DNA of 64,000 nt. It comes from Candidatus Latescibacterota bacterium. Its GTDB lineage: Bacteria; Latescibacterota; UBA2968. Within the stretch, counting starts at the first letter, position 1. Each line of letters begins with the position of its first letter. Both the position numbers and the translations under genes were made by a program. This document shows, one piece after another, positions 20,767 to 30,553 of the stretch. The notes below the pieces were generated by a model. The model was not told the origin of the DNA. It did not search any database and saw only the letters and a program-made list of their open reading frames with translations. Location: positions 768,001-832,000 of the forward strand of contig OZ244960.1 in the NCBI GenBank assembly GCA_965222605.1, in the 5' to 3' direction.

Positions 20767-21852
20767 ATGAAAAAATTAGCTGCTGTCTTTGTAACCGCGA
20801 CCCTCTTGCTCAATGCGATGGCTCCCATACTCGCGTATGCAGCTACATACCTGCAAGGCGCAGAGGTCAATGCCGACACACTCATTCAAGATGCTTATGT
20901 GGCAGTCACCTATTACGATAGCAAGAATAAACAGACGTTGGAAAAAGGCTGGATTGATGCTATTGACGAGACCTCGTTTACCATTCGGAGCGGCTTGTGG
21001 GGAAAGAAGACGATTGCTTATACCAAAATCTTGTCACTGGTTATGAGCGAAGAAGCAACCACGCTAAGGCAAATGAATGAGGTAAATCGGTGGTTTATTG
21101 GAAATATGGCAGAAAGAGGACCAGAGACAGAGTTGGCTGCTATCCAACTGCTCAATCAAAAGACCGTCATAATCATGCCACGCGGACAGATTGACCCGTC
21201 AGAGATCTCAAAGGGATGGTATGCCCACATCGTCTATTCATCTCAAGGTGCTACAGGAAAAACCATTAGTCGAATTGCCGATAAGGACTCAAGCCGTATC
21301 GCCCTCAAACATGGGTTTGATACCCATAACATAGCATACAGCGATATTGATACTCTCATTGTTGCCAAACACCTGCGAGAGATCGAGAGTTATCGAGAAA
21401 CCGGTGCCAAATACAATGCTCGAGTGCGTGTGTATGCCCCGTCCATTCAGAAAAGACAGATGGTTGGCAGGCTCATTAAAATGATGCAAGACACGCTCGT
21501 TATCCAAAAAGGGCGTCGCTTTTATCAAGTGCCTATTTCTTCAATCTCTACATTCGACGTCAGCCTCAAACAGTATAGAAACACAGGCAAAGGCTTGATA
21601 ATTGGGCTTGCTGCCGGGGCTAGTATGGCTATCCTGATAAATTTTCCCACGGATGAGGGACCCGATTTGCAAGGATTAGTTCAAGTATACGCCACTATGA
21701 TAATCGTACCCTCAATTGTAGTTATCTCCACTCTGATCGGTGCAATGAAGAAATCCGATAAATGGATTGAGGTGTCGCCTCAACGCCTCAACCTGAGCCT
21801 TGCACCCACATCCAGTAAAGGGCTTCGCGCCGCACTCACATTCAACTTTTAG
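20767..21852 (+). CDS. Family B secreted/outer-membrane protein, copy B2
   Basis: AAGGAG RBS, MKKLAAVFV.., C-terminal LRAALTFNF. Confidence 0.82.
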   Translation: MKKLAAVFVTATLLLNAMAPILAYAATYLQGAEVNADTLIQDAYVAVTYYDSKNKQTLEKGWIDAIDETSFTIRSGLWGKKTIAYTKILSLVMSEEATTLRQMNEVNRWFIGNMAERGPETELAAIQLLNQKTVIIMPRGQIDPSEISKGWYAHIVYSSQGATGKTISRIADKDSSRIALKHGFDTHNIAYSDIDTLIVAKHLREIESYRETGAKYNARVRVYAPSIQKRQMVGRLIKMMQDTLVIQKGRRFYQVPISSISTFDVSLKQYRNTGKGLIIGLAAGASMAILINFPTDEGPDLQGLVQVYATMIIVPSIVVISTLIGAMKKSDKWIEVSPQRLNLSLAPTSSKGLRAALTFNF

Positions 21853-22011
21853 TGATGCAAATGATTCAAAGGCATAGAGTCGAAGTGCGTCAAAACATCT
21901 CACACCTTTTCATCCTATTTCTCAGAACCATCCTCGATATACCCAGAAGCTCGGATGCCTGCACTTGATTCCCCTCTGTTCGTCGCAATACCTCTTGTAT
22001 TCAAGTGTCAA

Positions 22012-22873
22012 CATCACTGGCACACCCACAGCGAGTAGAGATTTCACGATCACAGTGGCTGTGCGAGAGGGGGCTGGTAGCCGTGATTTACCCACACAGG
22101 TCAGTCGTTCTTTCACCATGCGCGTGAGACCGCGTGTGACTGTCTCGGCAATCGGCAATATCACCGTCACACAGAACACTGCTATTACCCCTATTCAGGT
22201 TTCAGCATCGGGAGGACAAACATCTTATTCCTATTCCCTGTCCAGCAATCCTGCCAGTTCTGGTCTTTCTATCAATCAGAGCAGTGGACAGATCACTGGC
22301 ACGCCAACACAGACAGGCACTTTCACACTGACCGTGACGGTGACCGATGATCACGGCAGGACAGGAACAGGCAGTTTCTCCATGACGGTAAATGCACCTA
22401 CATCCGTTTCGCCCCTGACAATCGCAGAGATCAATGATATAGCGGTCAAGATCAGTGGTGTGCAGACCAACAGCCCGATTACGCCTATTCAGGTCTCAGC
22501 ATCAGGAGGACAAACGCCTTATGCGTATTCTATGTCCAGCAATCCCGCTACAGGTTCTGGTCTGTCCATCAATTCGAGCAGTGGACAGATTACAGGCACG
22601 CCAACACAGAGAGGCTCTTTCACACTGACCGTGACTGTAACTGATAATGCAAGTGCGACTACAACTGATAGCTTCTCGATGGCTGTCAGTCTGATAGGGG
22701 ATTTTAATGATGATGGTGTGGTCGATACGTCAGATCATTTACTTTTTGTGGCAGCGTTTGGTCTATCCGAAGGTGATGATGGTTTTAATGCTGATATGGA
22801 CCTAAATGGCGATGGAACCATTGGCACGTCCGATTTTCTGATCTTTGTAAGTCACTTTGGCTCCTCTGCATAG
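22012..22873 (+). pseudogene. Orphan 3' cassette 4
   Basis: Starts mid-Ig repeat (ITGTPTAS..); the upstream ORF-track start lies in the non-coding spacer. Confidence 0.82.
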
Positions 22874-22948
22874 TTTTTTTGTTCAGGGACAACTCATTGG
22901 CTTTTGAGCGGAACCAATGAATTAGATTTGTCCCAAAAGGAGAATCTC

Positions 22949-24046
22949 ATGAAAAAAACAGCCGCTGTCTTTGTAACTGCGACCCTCTTGCTCAACGCGA
23001 TGGCTCCCATCCTCGCGTATGCAGCCATATACCTGCAAGGTGCAGAGGTCAATGCCGACACACTTATTCAAGATGCCTACGTTGTAGTCACTTATTACGA
23101 TAGCAAGAACAAACAGAAATTGGACAAAGGCTGGATTGGTGCTATTGACGAGACTTCGTTTACCATTCGGAGCAGAGCAATTTTCGGCAAGGAGACTATT
23201 GCTTACGACAAAGTGCTGTCAGTGATCATGAGCGAGGAAGATGCCTCAAGAGGAAAGCAAATCAATGAGGTGGATCGGTTTATTCGAGAGATGGAAAAAC
23301 AAGAGGCAAGAGCGCGAGAGACAGAGCAGGCTGCTATCCAACGGCTCAATCAAAAGACCGTCACAGTCATGCCACGCGGACAGATTGACCTATCAGAGAT
23401 CATAAAGGGATGGTATGCACACATCGTCTATACGTCTCAAGGAGCTACAGGAAAAACCATTAGTCGAATTGCCTATAAGGACACCAGCCACATCGGACTC
23501 AAATATGGAACTGATACCCTTAACATAGCATACAACGATATTGATACCCTCATTGTCGCCAAACACATGCAAGAGATTGAGCGATATAGAGAAACCGGAG
23601 CCAAATACAATGCCCGAGTGCGTGTGTATGCCCCGTCCATTCAGAAGGGACAGATGGTTGGCAAGCTCATTAACATGATGCAAGACACGCTGGTTATTCA
23701 AAAAGAGCGTCGCTTTTATCGGGTGCCTGTTTCTTCAATCTCTAAATTCGACGTCAGCCTCAAACAGTATAGAAACACAGGCAAAGGCTTAAAAATTGGG
23801 CTCGCTGCTGGGACTATTATGACTATCCTGATAAATGTTCCAAACTGGGGCGGGGGCGATTTGCAAGGATTGGCTGAACTATTAGCCACTGCGATATACG
23901 TACCTCCACTTATAGTTATTCCCACTCTGATTGGCGCAATAACAAAATCCGACAAATGGGTCGAAGTGTCCCCCCAACACCTTAACCTGAGCCTTGCACC
24001 CACATCCAGCAAAGGGCTTCGCGCCGCACTCACATTCAACTTTTAG
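22949..24046 (+). CDS. Family B secreted/outer-membrane protein, copy B3
   Basis: AAGGAG RBS, MKKTAAVFV.., C-terminal LRAALTFNF. Confidence 0.82.
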   Translation: MKKTAAVFVTATLLLNAMAPILAYAAIYLQGAEVNADTLIQDAYVVVTYYDSKNKQKLDKGWIGAIDETSFTIRSRAIFGKETIAYDKVLSVIMSEEDASRGKQINEVDRFIREMEKQEARARETEQAAIQRLNQKTVTVMPRGQIDLSEIIKGWYAHIVYTSQGATGKTISRIAYKDTSHIGLKYGTDTLNIAYNDIDTLIVAKHMQEIERYRETGAKYNARVRVYAPSIQKGQMVGKLINMMQDTLVIQKERRFYRVPVSSISKFDVSLKQYRNTGKGLKIGLAAGTIMTILINVPNWGGGDLQGLAELLATAIYVPPLIVIPTLIGAITKSDKWVEVSPQHLNLSLAPTSSKGLRAALTFNF

Positions 24047-24189
24047 TGATGCAAATGATTCAAGTATAGAGTCGAAGTGCGTCAAAACAACCCATACCTT
24101 TTCATCCTATTCCTCAAAATCATCCTCGAGATACCCAGAAACGCGGATGCTTGCACTTGATTCCCCTCTGTTTGTCGCAATGCTCCTTG

Positions 24190-24577
24190 TATTCAAGTGT
24201 CAGCATCCGGAGGACAAACGCCTTATACCTATTCCCTGTCCAGCAATCCTACCACGGGCGCCGGTCTGTCCATCAATTCGAGCAGTGGGCAAATCACAGG
24301 CACGCCAACACAGAGAGGCACTTTCACACTTACCGTGACTGTAACTGATAATGCAAGTACGACTGCAACGAATAGTTTCTCCATGGCTGTCAGTCTGATA
24401 GGCGATTTTAATGGTGATGGTACGGTCAATGTATCAGATCATTTGCTTTTTGTGGCCGTGTTTGGTCTATCCGAAGGTGATGATGGTTTTAATGCCGATA
24501 TGGATTTGGATGGCGATGGAACCATTGGTACGCCCGATTTTCTAATCTTTGTAAGTCACTTTGGCTCCTCTGCATAG
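24190..24577 (+). pseudogene. Orphan 3' cassette 5 (partial Ig repeat plus tail)
   Basis: Starts at IQVSASGGQTPY; ends FVSHFGSSA*. Confidence 0.82.
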
Positions 24578-24618
24578 TTTTTTTGGTGCAGGAGACTGCT
24601 TTTTGTCAGGAGGAATAC

Positions 24619-25419
24619 ATGACACATCTAACAGCAATCGTTATGATTTTGGGTCTATGTCTGCCACAGGCTCTGTTGGCAGGGGTGGTCCTTAAAGCCG
24701 GTGAGGTTGACAGTAGCAAGATTGAAGTCGGTGCCTATGCCGAGGTCATCTATGGGACGGGTGAGCGGGATTCGGTCTCAGGAAAGTGGAAAAAACTGGA
24801 CACGGCACAAGGATATATTAAAGCCGTTGATGCAGAGAGTTTGACTATTGGACGCGGTTTTTGGAAGGAGCAGATTGCCTTTGAGAGCATACAAAAGCTG
24901 CTCCTTGCAGAGTCTGACCGCGAAATGGACAGGCTTAAAGAGACGACTGATTCGCTTTCTGAAATAGATAACAGACGACAAGGACAAAATAGAGGCGGAG
25001 GACGGATTGCCAAAAAGTTGGCAGGCGGCGTTCTTGGAGGAATCCTGTTCGGTATGGCGGGGGGCTTCGCCGGTGCGGTGATCGGTGACTGCGGAGAGAA
25101 CGTTTCATTCTGCGAATTAGAAAACTTTTTTATTGGTGGATGGTATGGCTATGTCGTCGGAGTACCCGTCGGCATGAACCGAATAGATCCACAGGATCGC
25201 TTCACATATTCATTGGCAGGTAGCCTGATCGGAGGTGCGGCAAGTCTTGTACTAACGGACTCCAAAGACGAGTTCTGGACTCTTATTATCTGCCCCCTTG
25301 TCGGCGCGGCGATCATGTCCGAATTTTTTCGAAAACCGTTAGAAGTTCGCCGTGTCTCCATCGGTCTGCTACCCGGTCCCAAAGGACGAGTATCCGCTGT
25401 TGCCACGCTTCGATTTTGA
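24619..25419 (+). CDS. Family A secreted/outer-membrane protein, copy A4
   Basis: AGGAGG RBS, MTHLTAIV.., C-terminal VSAVATLRF. Confidence 0.8.
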   Translation: MTHLTAIVMILGLCLPQALLAGVVLKAGEVDSSKIEVGAYAEVIYGTGERDSVSGKWKKLDTAQGYIKAVDAESLTIGRGFWKEQIAFESIQKLLLAESDREMDRLKETTDSLSEIDNRRQGQNRGGGRIAKKLAGGVLGGILFGMAGGFAGAVIGDCGENVSFCELENFFIGGWYGYVVGVPVGMNRIDPQDRFTYSLAGSLIGGAASLVLTDSKDEFWTLIICPLVGAAIMSEFFRKPLEVRRVSIGLLPGPKGRVSAVATLRF

Positions 25420-25531
25420 GTAGGTGACAAAAAACCTTCTGGATCGCGGCTTAAAAACACGCCGCGATGACACACGGGACGGCACGGGGACCGTCCCCTA
25501 CAACAACGGGCGAGCACGCGCAGCCCAACCA
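25420..25531. repeat. REP-like double-hairpin element, copy 2
   Basis: Near-identical to 14850-14955; marks the end of the array. Confidence 0.7.
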
Positions 25532-25558
25532 AAAGCGCGATTATAAAACAAACGGCTG

Positions 25559-26608
25559 CTAAGATATCATGGCCGGCAAATCCGTCCGCTCGCCCCGGAC
25601 AGCTATTGCTTCTCGTAAACTGCGGGCATGGGGGGCTTCCCCGTTCAGGACCCGACCAATATCACCAGCCATCACTTCTGCCACCCGCAAGTTGGCATCA
25701 CGGGTGCGGCCCGCAATATGTGGTGTATGGACCACATTGATTCGATTTCGTAACGGATCGTCTTCTGGTACGGGTTCTCTATCATACACATCGAAAGCAC
25801 CTGCCAGCTCATTTGCAATAATCCGTTCCCTCAACGCTTCCATATCCACTGCGTACGCACGTGTGGTAATCACCACCAGCGCACCTTTTCGCAGCCGATA
25901 AATCCGCTCGCGTGACAAGATCTTCTCGGCCGATGGCGTCGGTGGAATCGTCACAACGACAATCTCACTTTCATCCACCAGGGCATCTATCTCTACACCC
26001 TCCACACCGAGCTCAACCAGCCGATCTCTGGAGATAAACGGATCATATCCCAGTACGCGTGATCCCAATGCGCTGCACCACTGTGCCATACGGCCACCAA
26101 TCTGTCCCAGCCCCATCACGCCAACAGTCTTTGAACCCAATGTGCCATTGACAAAATCGGGATTATCACAGAACTGGGCATATTCAAAATCCCACAAACG
26201 TTCGCCTGCAGCCATGCGTTTGTGCCATTGCGGAATCATACGCAGTGCATTCAACGTAAGTGCCAGTGTTATTTCAGCCACCGAAGTTGCCCACCCACGG
26301 GTCGCATCAATAATCGCAATATCGCGCTCAAACATCGGATCTACCGCCAGGCTGCGAAAGCCTCCTCCAAAAACACCACCTACAACCTTTAGCGCTGGCG
26401 CCCTTACCAAACAAGCTTCAGTCAATTGACCGCCAAACATCGCAATGGCAGAGACCCTGGAAAGGTCAGCTACTTCACCAATCGGCTGATCGCGTTCGAC
26501 GTTAACGACCTGGACTTCATCAATATCATTTAGCTGTTTCAGCAAAGCCTCTGGCACAAACGGCCACGACTTCTCCAGATTTTTGCTGCGTGCAAATAAA
26601 ATCGCCAT
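25559..26608 (-). CDS. D-isomer-specific 2-hydroxyacid dehydrogenase family protein
   Basis: SVAE, TVGVMGLGQIG, YDPF, AFDVYDREP, HTPHIAG; ATG at 26608 with GGAGGA RBS. Confidence 0.88.
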   Translation of the reverse strand: MAILFARSKNLEKSWPFVPEALLKQLNDIDEVQVVNVERDQPIGEVADLSRVSAIAMFGGQLTEACLVRAPALKVVGGVFGGGFRSLAVDPMFERDIAIIDATRGWATSVAEITLALTLNALRMIPQWHKRMAAGERLWDFEYAQFCDNPDFVNGTLGSKTVGVMGLGQIGGRMAQWCSALGSRVLGYDPFISRDRLVELGVEGVEIDALVDESEIVVVTIPPTPSAEKILSRERIYRLRKGALVVITTRAYAVDMEALRERIIANELAGAFDVYDREPVPEDDPLRNRINVVHTPHIAGRTRDANLRVAEVMAGDIGRVLNGEAPHARSLREAIAVRGERTDLPAMIS

Positions 26609-26655
26609 AACCAATCCTCCAGCAGACTCAATTGTTGATGCAGCCTGGTACATAG

Positions 26656-26701
26656 AACCAAAAAACGGCGATGGACATAAATCCACCGCCGTTTTTTGGT
26701 T
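26656..26701. terminator. Bidirectional Rho-independent terminator
   Basis: AACCAAAAAACGGCG..CGCCGTTTTTTGGTT inverted repeat. Confidence 0.8.
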
Positions 26702-26711
26702 TAAGGGTTAA

Positions 26712-27510
26712 TCAGAAACTAATCGCAGCACTCACTATCTGCACGGGATCGGCAAAAGAAGTGTTGAAATGCTTGAACGCATAATCAATGCGAACGCCTT
26801 TCCCGGCCTCGGTTTTGTAATCAATACCGCCGCCGAACGAATAATCTTCCAGATCGTGATTGTGCTTATACCCACCGCGCAGGGCAAAACCCATCGCAGA
26901 GGTCGCGTACTTAAACCGGTATTCCAGCCCCACAAGCGTGCGCTCGTCGAAATCTATCGGACTGTCGATCTCTGTGGCGAGATTCAGATGATGCGGCGCA
27001 GGGGTTCGGCCAGCCATCGAAATTAGATCAAAGACAAAACCCAGACGGAATGACCGGGGCAACTCGAAATGCTCGCGCTGAAACTGAGACTCCCCTCCCG
27101 GACTGAAATTCCGCACACTCATAGCAATCACCAGATTCCGGAATCCCGTATTGAAATAGGTGCCGATATCCACGGCAAAAGCATTGAGATCATTTGACTG
27201 CGTTTGCCGATTGCCAGCGACAAAGACCTCACTCGATCCCAGACCCTGATGTGCATAACGCGCCATTGCCCCCACCGAGAATCGGTCGGTAATCTGAAAA
27301 CCCCAGCCTGCGGACAGGGCGTAATTCGTCGTAGTAAATGTACCCGTCTCAGTAAATCCCTGGCTGGCTGGGTCGGGATTGATCGCAGTGCCGTTGATCT
27401 CTCCCGCATTGTGCGTGATAAAGCCCACGCCAAAGGTACCCGGTGCATTTGGAATTTTGAAAGCCGCGCCAGCAACCTGGTGATTCGTTTCAAAAATCCA
27501 TTTGGCATGC
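26712..27510 (-). pseudogene. 5'-truncated PorV/PorQ-family outer-membrane protein
   Basis: A.DIGT.FNTGF..L.IAMSVRNF, F.LP..FRLG, VGLEY, LRGGY, RIDYAF. Frame extends upstream to HAKWIFE and then meets TAG; no signal peptide. Confidence 0.65.
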
Positions 27511-27636
27511 TATGGACTCTAATTCCCATTGTCAAGCGGAAGTTTGCCCGTTATCTTATGGAAAAAAAGGGATTTATAAATATCGTATGCTCATTTATAA
27601 CCCCGCGAAATCCACCCTTAAATAGGTCCTCATAAA

Positions 27637-29187
27637 ATGAAACTCTCCAACATCAACACCACCGACATCACCGACGCAATCCGCCTGGGCTGTCGAATGA
27701 TGAGCAATGTCTTCAACGCAGACGACAACGACATTCCCTTTTTCGGTTCCGAAGTCAGACCGAACCCACAATTGCGGTTTAGCGGTGTCCACTCCGAGTC
27801 GCACGTGCCCGGTCGACACCTCAACGCATTGCTCAACGCCGAAGACGCGGGCGGCATATCTGTGGATCCCGATGCAATCGAAAAACACGCCAACGCCGCG
27901 TTCTTCTCTTACAGTGGCCCGGTCGCGCTACCCCTCAACCGCATGGAGATCGATGGACCGGCCAACAGTTTCACAACCCACAACGTGCGCGAGGGTTTCC
28001 ACGCCCTGTACTCGCTGGTTAAGTACAGAAATTCCGATCGTGCGAGAGAAATTGCAGAGAACAGCATCCGAGACATATTCGAACTATTCAACCCGGACTC
28101 GGGTTGGGACTTCAATCGCCTTGAGAATGAACACGGCATAGAAGTGCGCGAAAATACCTTTATCACAGGCATCGCGCGATCAATCGGTCCCCTGGTCAAA
28201 TACTACCGCGCCACGGGCTACGGGCCTGCACTCGAACTCGCCGTAATCCTGCAGGAAAAAACGACCCGCGAATTTTTCCTCGAATCGGGTGCTTATGACC
28301 GCGAGAGCTTCGGAACGCATACCCATTCGACGACATGCGTCATGTCTTCGCTCGCACAACTCGCAGACCTTCTCGATGACGCGCGATTGCTCAATCGGGT
28401 CAAGGCATTTTACGACAATGGACTATGGGAAATTCGCGATGAAATTGGATGGGTAATCGAGAATAGTGGAGATGATGCGAGTCCCGATCGCGGAGAGATC
28501 AACAACACGGGCGATATTGTCGAAACAGCCCTGATTCTGGGCAGGAAAGGATATACTGAATACTTTGAAGACGCCGAGCGCATCACGCGATGTCACATTC
28601 TGCCTTCGCAATTGCGCGACAACAGTTTCATCGAAAACCCGCCGAATCCCAATAACATAGACGGGCTTCGCCAGGTCGCAGACCGGCATCTCGGCGGCTT
28701 TGGCTTCCCCGCACCTTATGGTCACGCGCCGCTCGACTTTGAGCGGATCAGTTTCAATACGGACATCGTAGGCGGGGGTGTCGGCTCACTCTGCGAAGTC
28801 CTGCGCGAAGCCGTACGCACCGAATCTTCGATCCACCGGGTGAATCTCCATTTCGATCTCGAAACCGACCATATCAAGGTCGAGTCACCCTACACAAATG
28901 ACTGCCTGCGAATCACCGTCAAATCCCCTGGCCCTCTGTATGTCCGCATCCCAACCTGGGTCGATCCGTCCGATATCGCCATAGCCGACCGCCTCACCTG
29001 CTCCAATGGCTATCTCTTAATCTCCGAACCCCAGATCAACACCCCCATCGAAATACGCTTCCCTCTCACCGAGCGCGAAATCGTATTGAAACACCGCACG
29101 CGGGACATCAGAGTGCGCCTGAAAGGAGACTCAGTGCTCGCAATGGAAAATCACGACGCTGATCTGACTTATTTCGATCCTCTATAA
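27637..29187 (+). CDS. Conserved hypothetical protein, GH127-like (alpha/alpha barrel plus beta-sandwich)
   Basis: 516 aa clean ORF; HTHS, E..N.GD, C-terminal LYVRIPTW..IEIRFPL pattern. Family call is tentative. Confidence 0.5.
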   Translation: MKLSNINTTDITDAIRLGCRMMSNVFNADDNDIPFFGSEVRPNPQLRFSGVHSESHVPGRHLNALLNAEDAGGISVDPDAIEKHANAAFFSYSGPVALPLNRMEIDGPANSFTTHNVREGFHALYSLVKYRNSDRAREIAENSIRDIFELFNPDSGWDFNRLENEHGIEVRENTFITGIARSIGPLVKYYRATGYGPALELAVILQEKTTREFFLESGAYDRESFGTHTHSTTCVMSSLAQLADLLDDARLLNRVKAFYDNGLWEIRDEIGWVIENSGDDASPDRGEINNTGDIVETALILGRKGYTEYFEDAERITRCHILPSQLRDNSFIENPPNPNNIDGLRQVADRHLGGFGFPAPYGHAPLDFERISFNTDIVGGGVGSLCEVLREAVRTESSIHRVNLHFDLETDHIKVESPYTNDCLRITVKSPGPLYVRIPTWVDPSDIAIADRLTCSNGYLLISEPQINTPIEIRFPLTEREIVLKHRTRDIRVRLKGDSVLAMENHDADLTYFDPL

Positions 29188-30426
29188 ACTCTGAGGTGAG
29201 CCTCGGCGCAGCGTCAACCGCAGGTAGTCCTCGGTCGCCTCGAATTCCGGGTCAACGCCGTTTTGCGCCCGCATCAGCGGAATGATCTTGTTCCGCACCC
29301 CCATGCCGCGCGCATCGGAATAGCTGTAATCCCGCAACGTCTCGGAGATGAGCAAATTTCGGGGAATGCGCTGCCCGGCCACCATTTTTTCGACCGTCAT
29401 ACCGTTTTGCAGCGCGCCGGGGCTTGTAATCTCTATGCGGTCTGCGTAACGGACCACCTCGATTTGCTCGTACCGCGTCCAGTCCCGATGCGTGAGCGCG
29501 TTGACAATGCCTTCGCGAAGCGCGTCCAGTGGATAATGCCAACGCCGTTCCCGGCGCATGGACTCATCTACCTGGCTGGCCTCCTCAGACACAAACGGCC
29601 GCATCGCATCGGCAAGGCGTTCAATGAGACCCTTTTCCACAAGTTCACGTCCCCCCGACAGTACCCGCCAGAGATCGACGAGCGGTCCTTCAATCACTTG
29701 ATCGTCAAGAGCCTCATAAGTCTTTTCCTCCCCATCGAAACACATCCAGCGGATGCCGGCATGGCGCAACAGGCGTCGCGGTCGATAACCGAACAAAATC
29801 AACCCGGCAATCGTACAGGCGGGCGGGCCATCCTCTCGCTCAACCATAAATCCCAACGCGCAAAGCCGCTCGTTCCAGGCCTCATCGGTCTGCGGTACAT
29901 CTCGATCTTCGACAATAGCCGTGAGATAATCCGCCAGTCGTTCCCTGCTCAAATCGCTAAGGCCACTGCCGGAAACCGGCAATAACTCTGTGTGAATCAA
30001 ACCCCCAGCAGCGAAAAGCCGCGCTTGTTGCTCGCGCGAAGCCAGCCGAGACGTACTGCCGATCCGTATGTAAATATCTTCCCTGCCGCGATACCGCACG
30101 ACATAGGGTTTGGTGGCACCTTGCATAACGGTAATGACCGCGACACGGCGTACATCGTCTATTGGAACTTCCTCGTAGAACGGCAATATCATTGGATGCA
30201 CCACGCGACCAAACACGGAATCCATCACCCAACGCTCGAGATGATCTCTCTGTATGCCGGTGATGGAACTGTCGTCTTCCACGCCGAGAAGGACGCGCCC
30301 CCCCTGAAAGTTAGCGAGTGCCACCACCTCCCTCGCGAGTTGCTCTGGGCGCAAATCATCCCGCTTGAACTCTACCCCAGAGTTCTCGCCTCCTGCTATC
30401 AGTTCGAGAAGTTCCGAACGTTTCAT
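29182..30426 (-). CDS. AlbA_2 (Schlafen-like) plus HATPase_c_4 (RecG C-terminal-like) protein
   Basis: GENSGVEFKRD, ALANFQGGRVLLGVED, ALREGIVNALTHRD, ITSPG, RN..I. Confidence 0.85.
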   Translation of the reverse strand: MKRSELLELIAGGENSGVEFKRDDLRPEQLAREVVALANFQGGRVLLGVEDDSSITGIQRDHLERWVMDSVFGRVVHPMILPFYEEVPIDDVRRVAVITVMQGATKPYVVRYRGREDIYIRIGSTSRLASREQQARLFAAGGLIHTELLPVSGSGLSDLSRERLADYLTAIVEDRDVPQTDEAWNERLCALGFMVEREDGPPACTIAGLILFGYRPRRLLRHAGIRWMCFDGEEKTYEALDDQVIEGPLVDLWRVLSGGRELVEKGLIERLADAMRPFVSEEASQVDESMRRERRWHYPLDALREGIVNALTHRDWTRYEQIEVVRYADRIEITSPGALQNGMTVEKMVAGQRIPRNLLISETLRDYSYSDARGMGVRNKIIPLMRAQNGVDPEFEATEDYLRLTLRRGSPQSL

Positions 30427-30457
30427 TGATCTAATCCTCAGTCTTTCGTAGCCTAAA

Positions 30458-30553
30458 ACTGGACTATCCCTGACACAACTCCGTTATCATCGCCGTATTT
30501 TCCCCGATCTGGTCATTGAATTTTTGATATATACCCACCAGAAAAATATCATT
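30458..30553 (-). pseudogene. Diverged remnant of the 3' end of gene 41821..42666
   Basis: ACTGGACTATCCCTGACACAA..TTGAATTTTTGATA..AATATCATT aligns with 41815-41910. Confidence 0.85.

Larger units (their letters stand above)
13217..24577 (+). repeat. Dispersed direct-repeat family: 3' end of the large Ig-repeat gene in six copies (one in the gene, five orphans)
   Basis: All copies end ..TTTGTAAGTCACTTTG..CTGCATAG plus a T-run, at 14045, 15749, 17685, 20689, 22873 and 24577. Confidence 0.95.

Noticed and set aside
13217-24577. Diversity-generating retroelement or shufflon
   Set aside because: No reverse transcriptase or invertase in the window, differences between copies are not adenine-restricted, and all repeats are direct
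14850-25531. Integron with attC sites
   Set aside because: No intI gene; the hairpins lack clear RYYYAAC/GTTRRRY ends and follow only two of the seven partner genes
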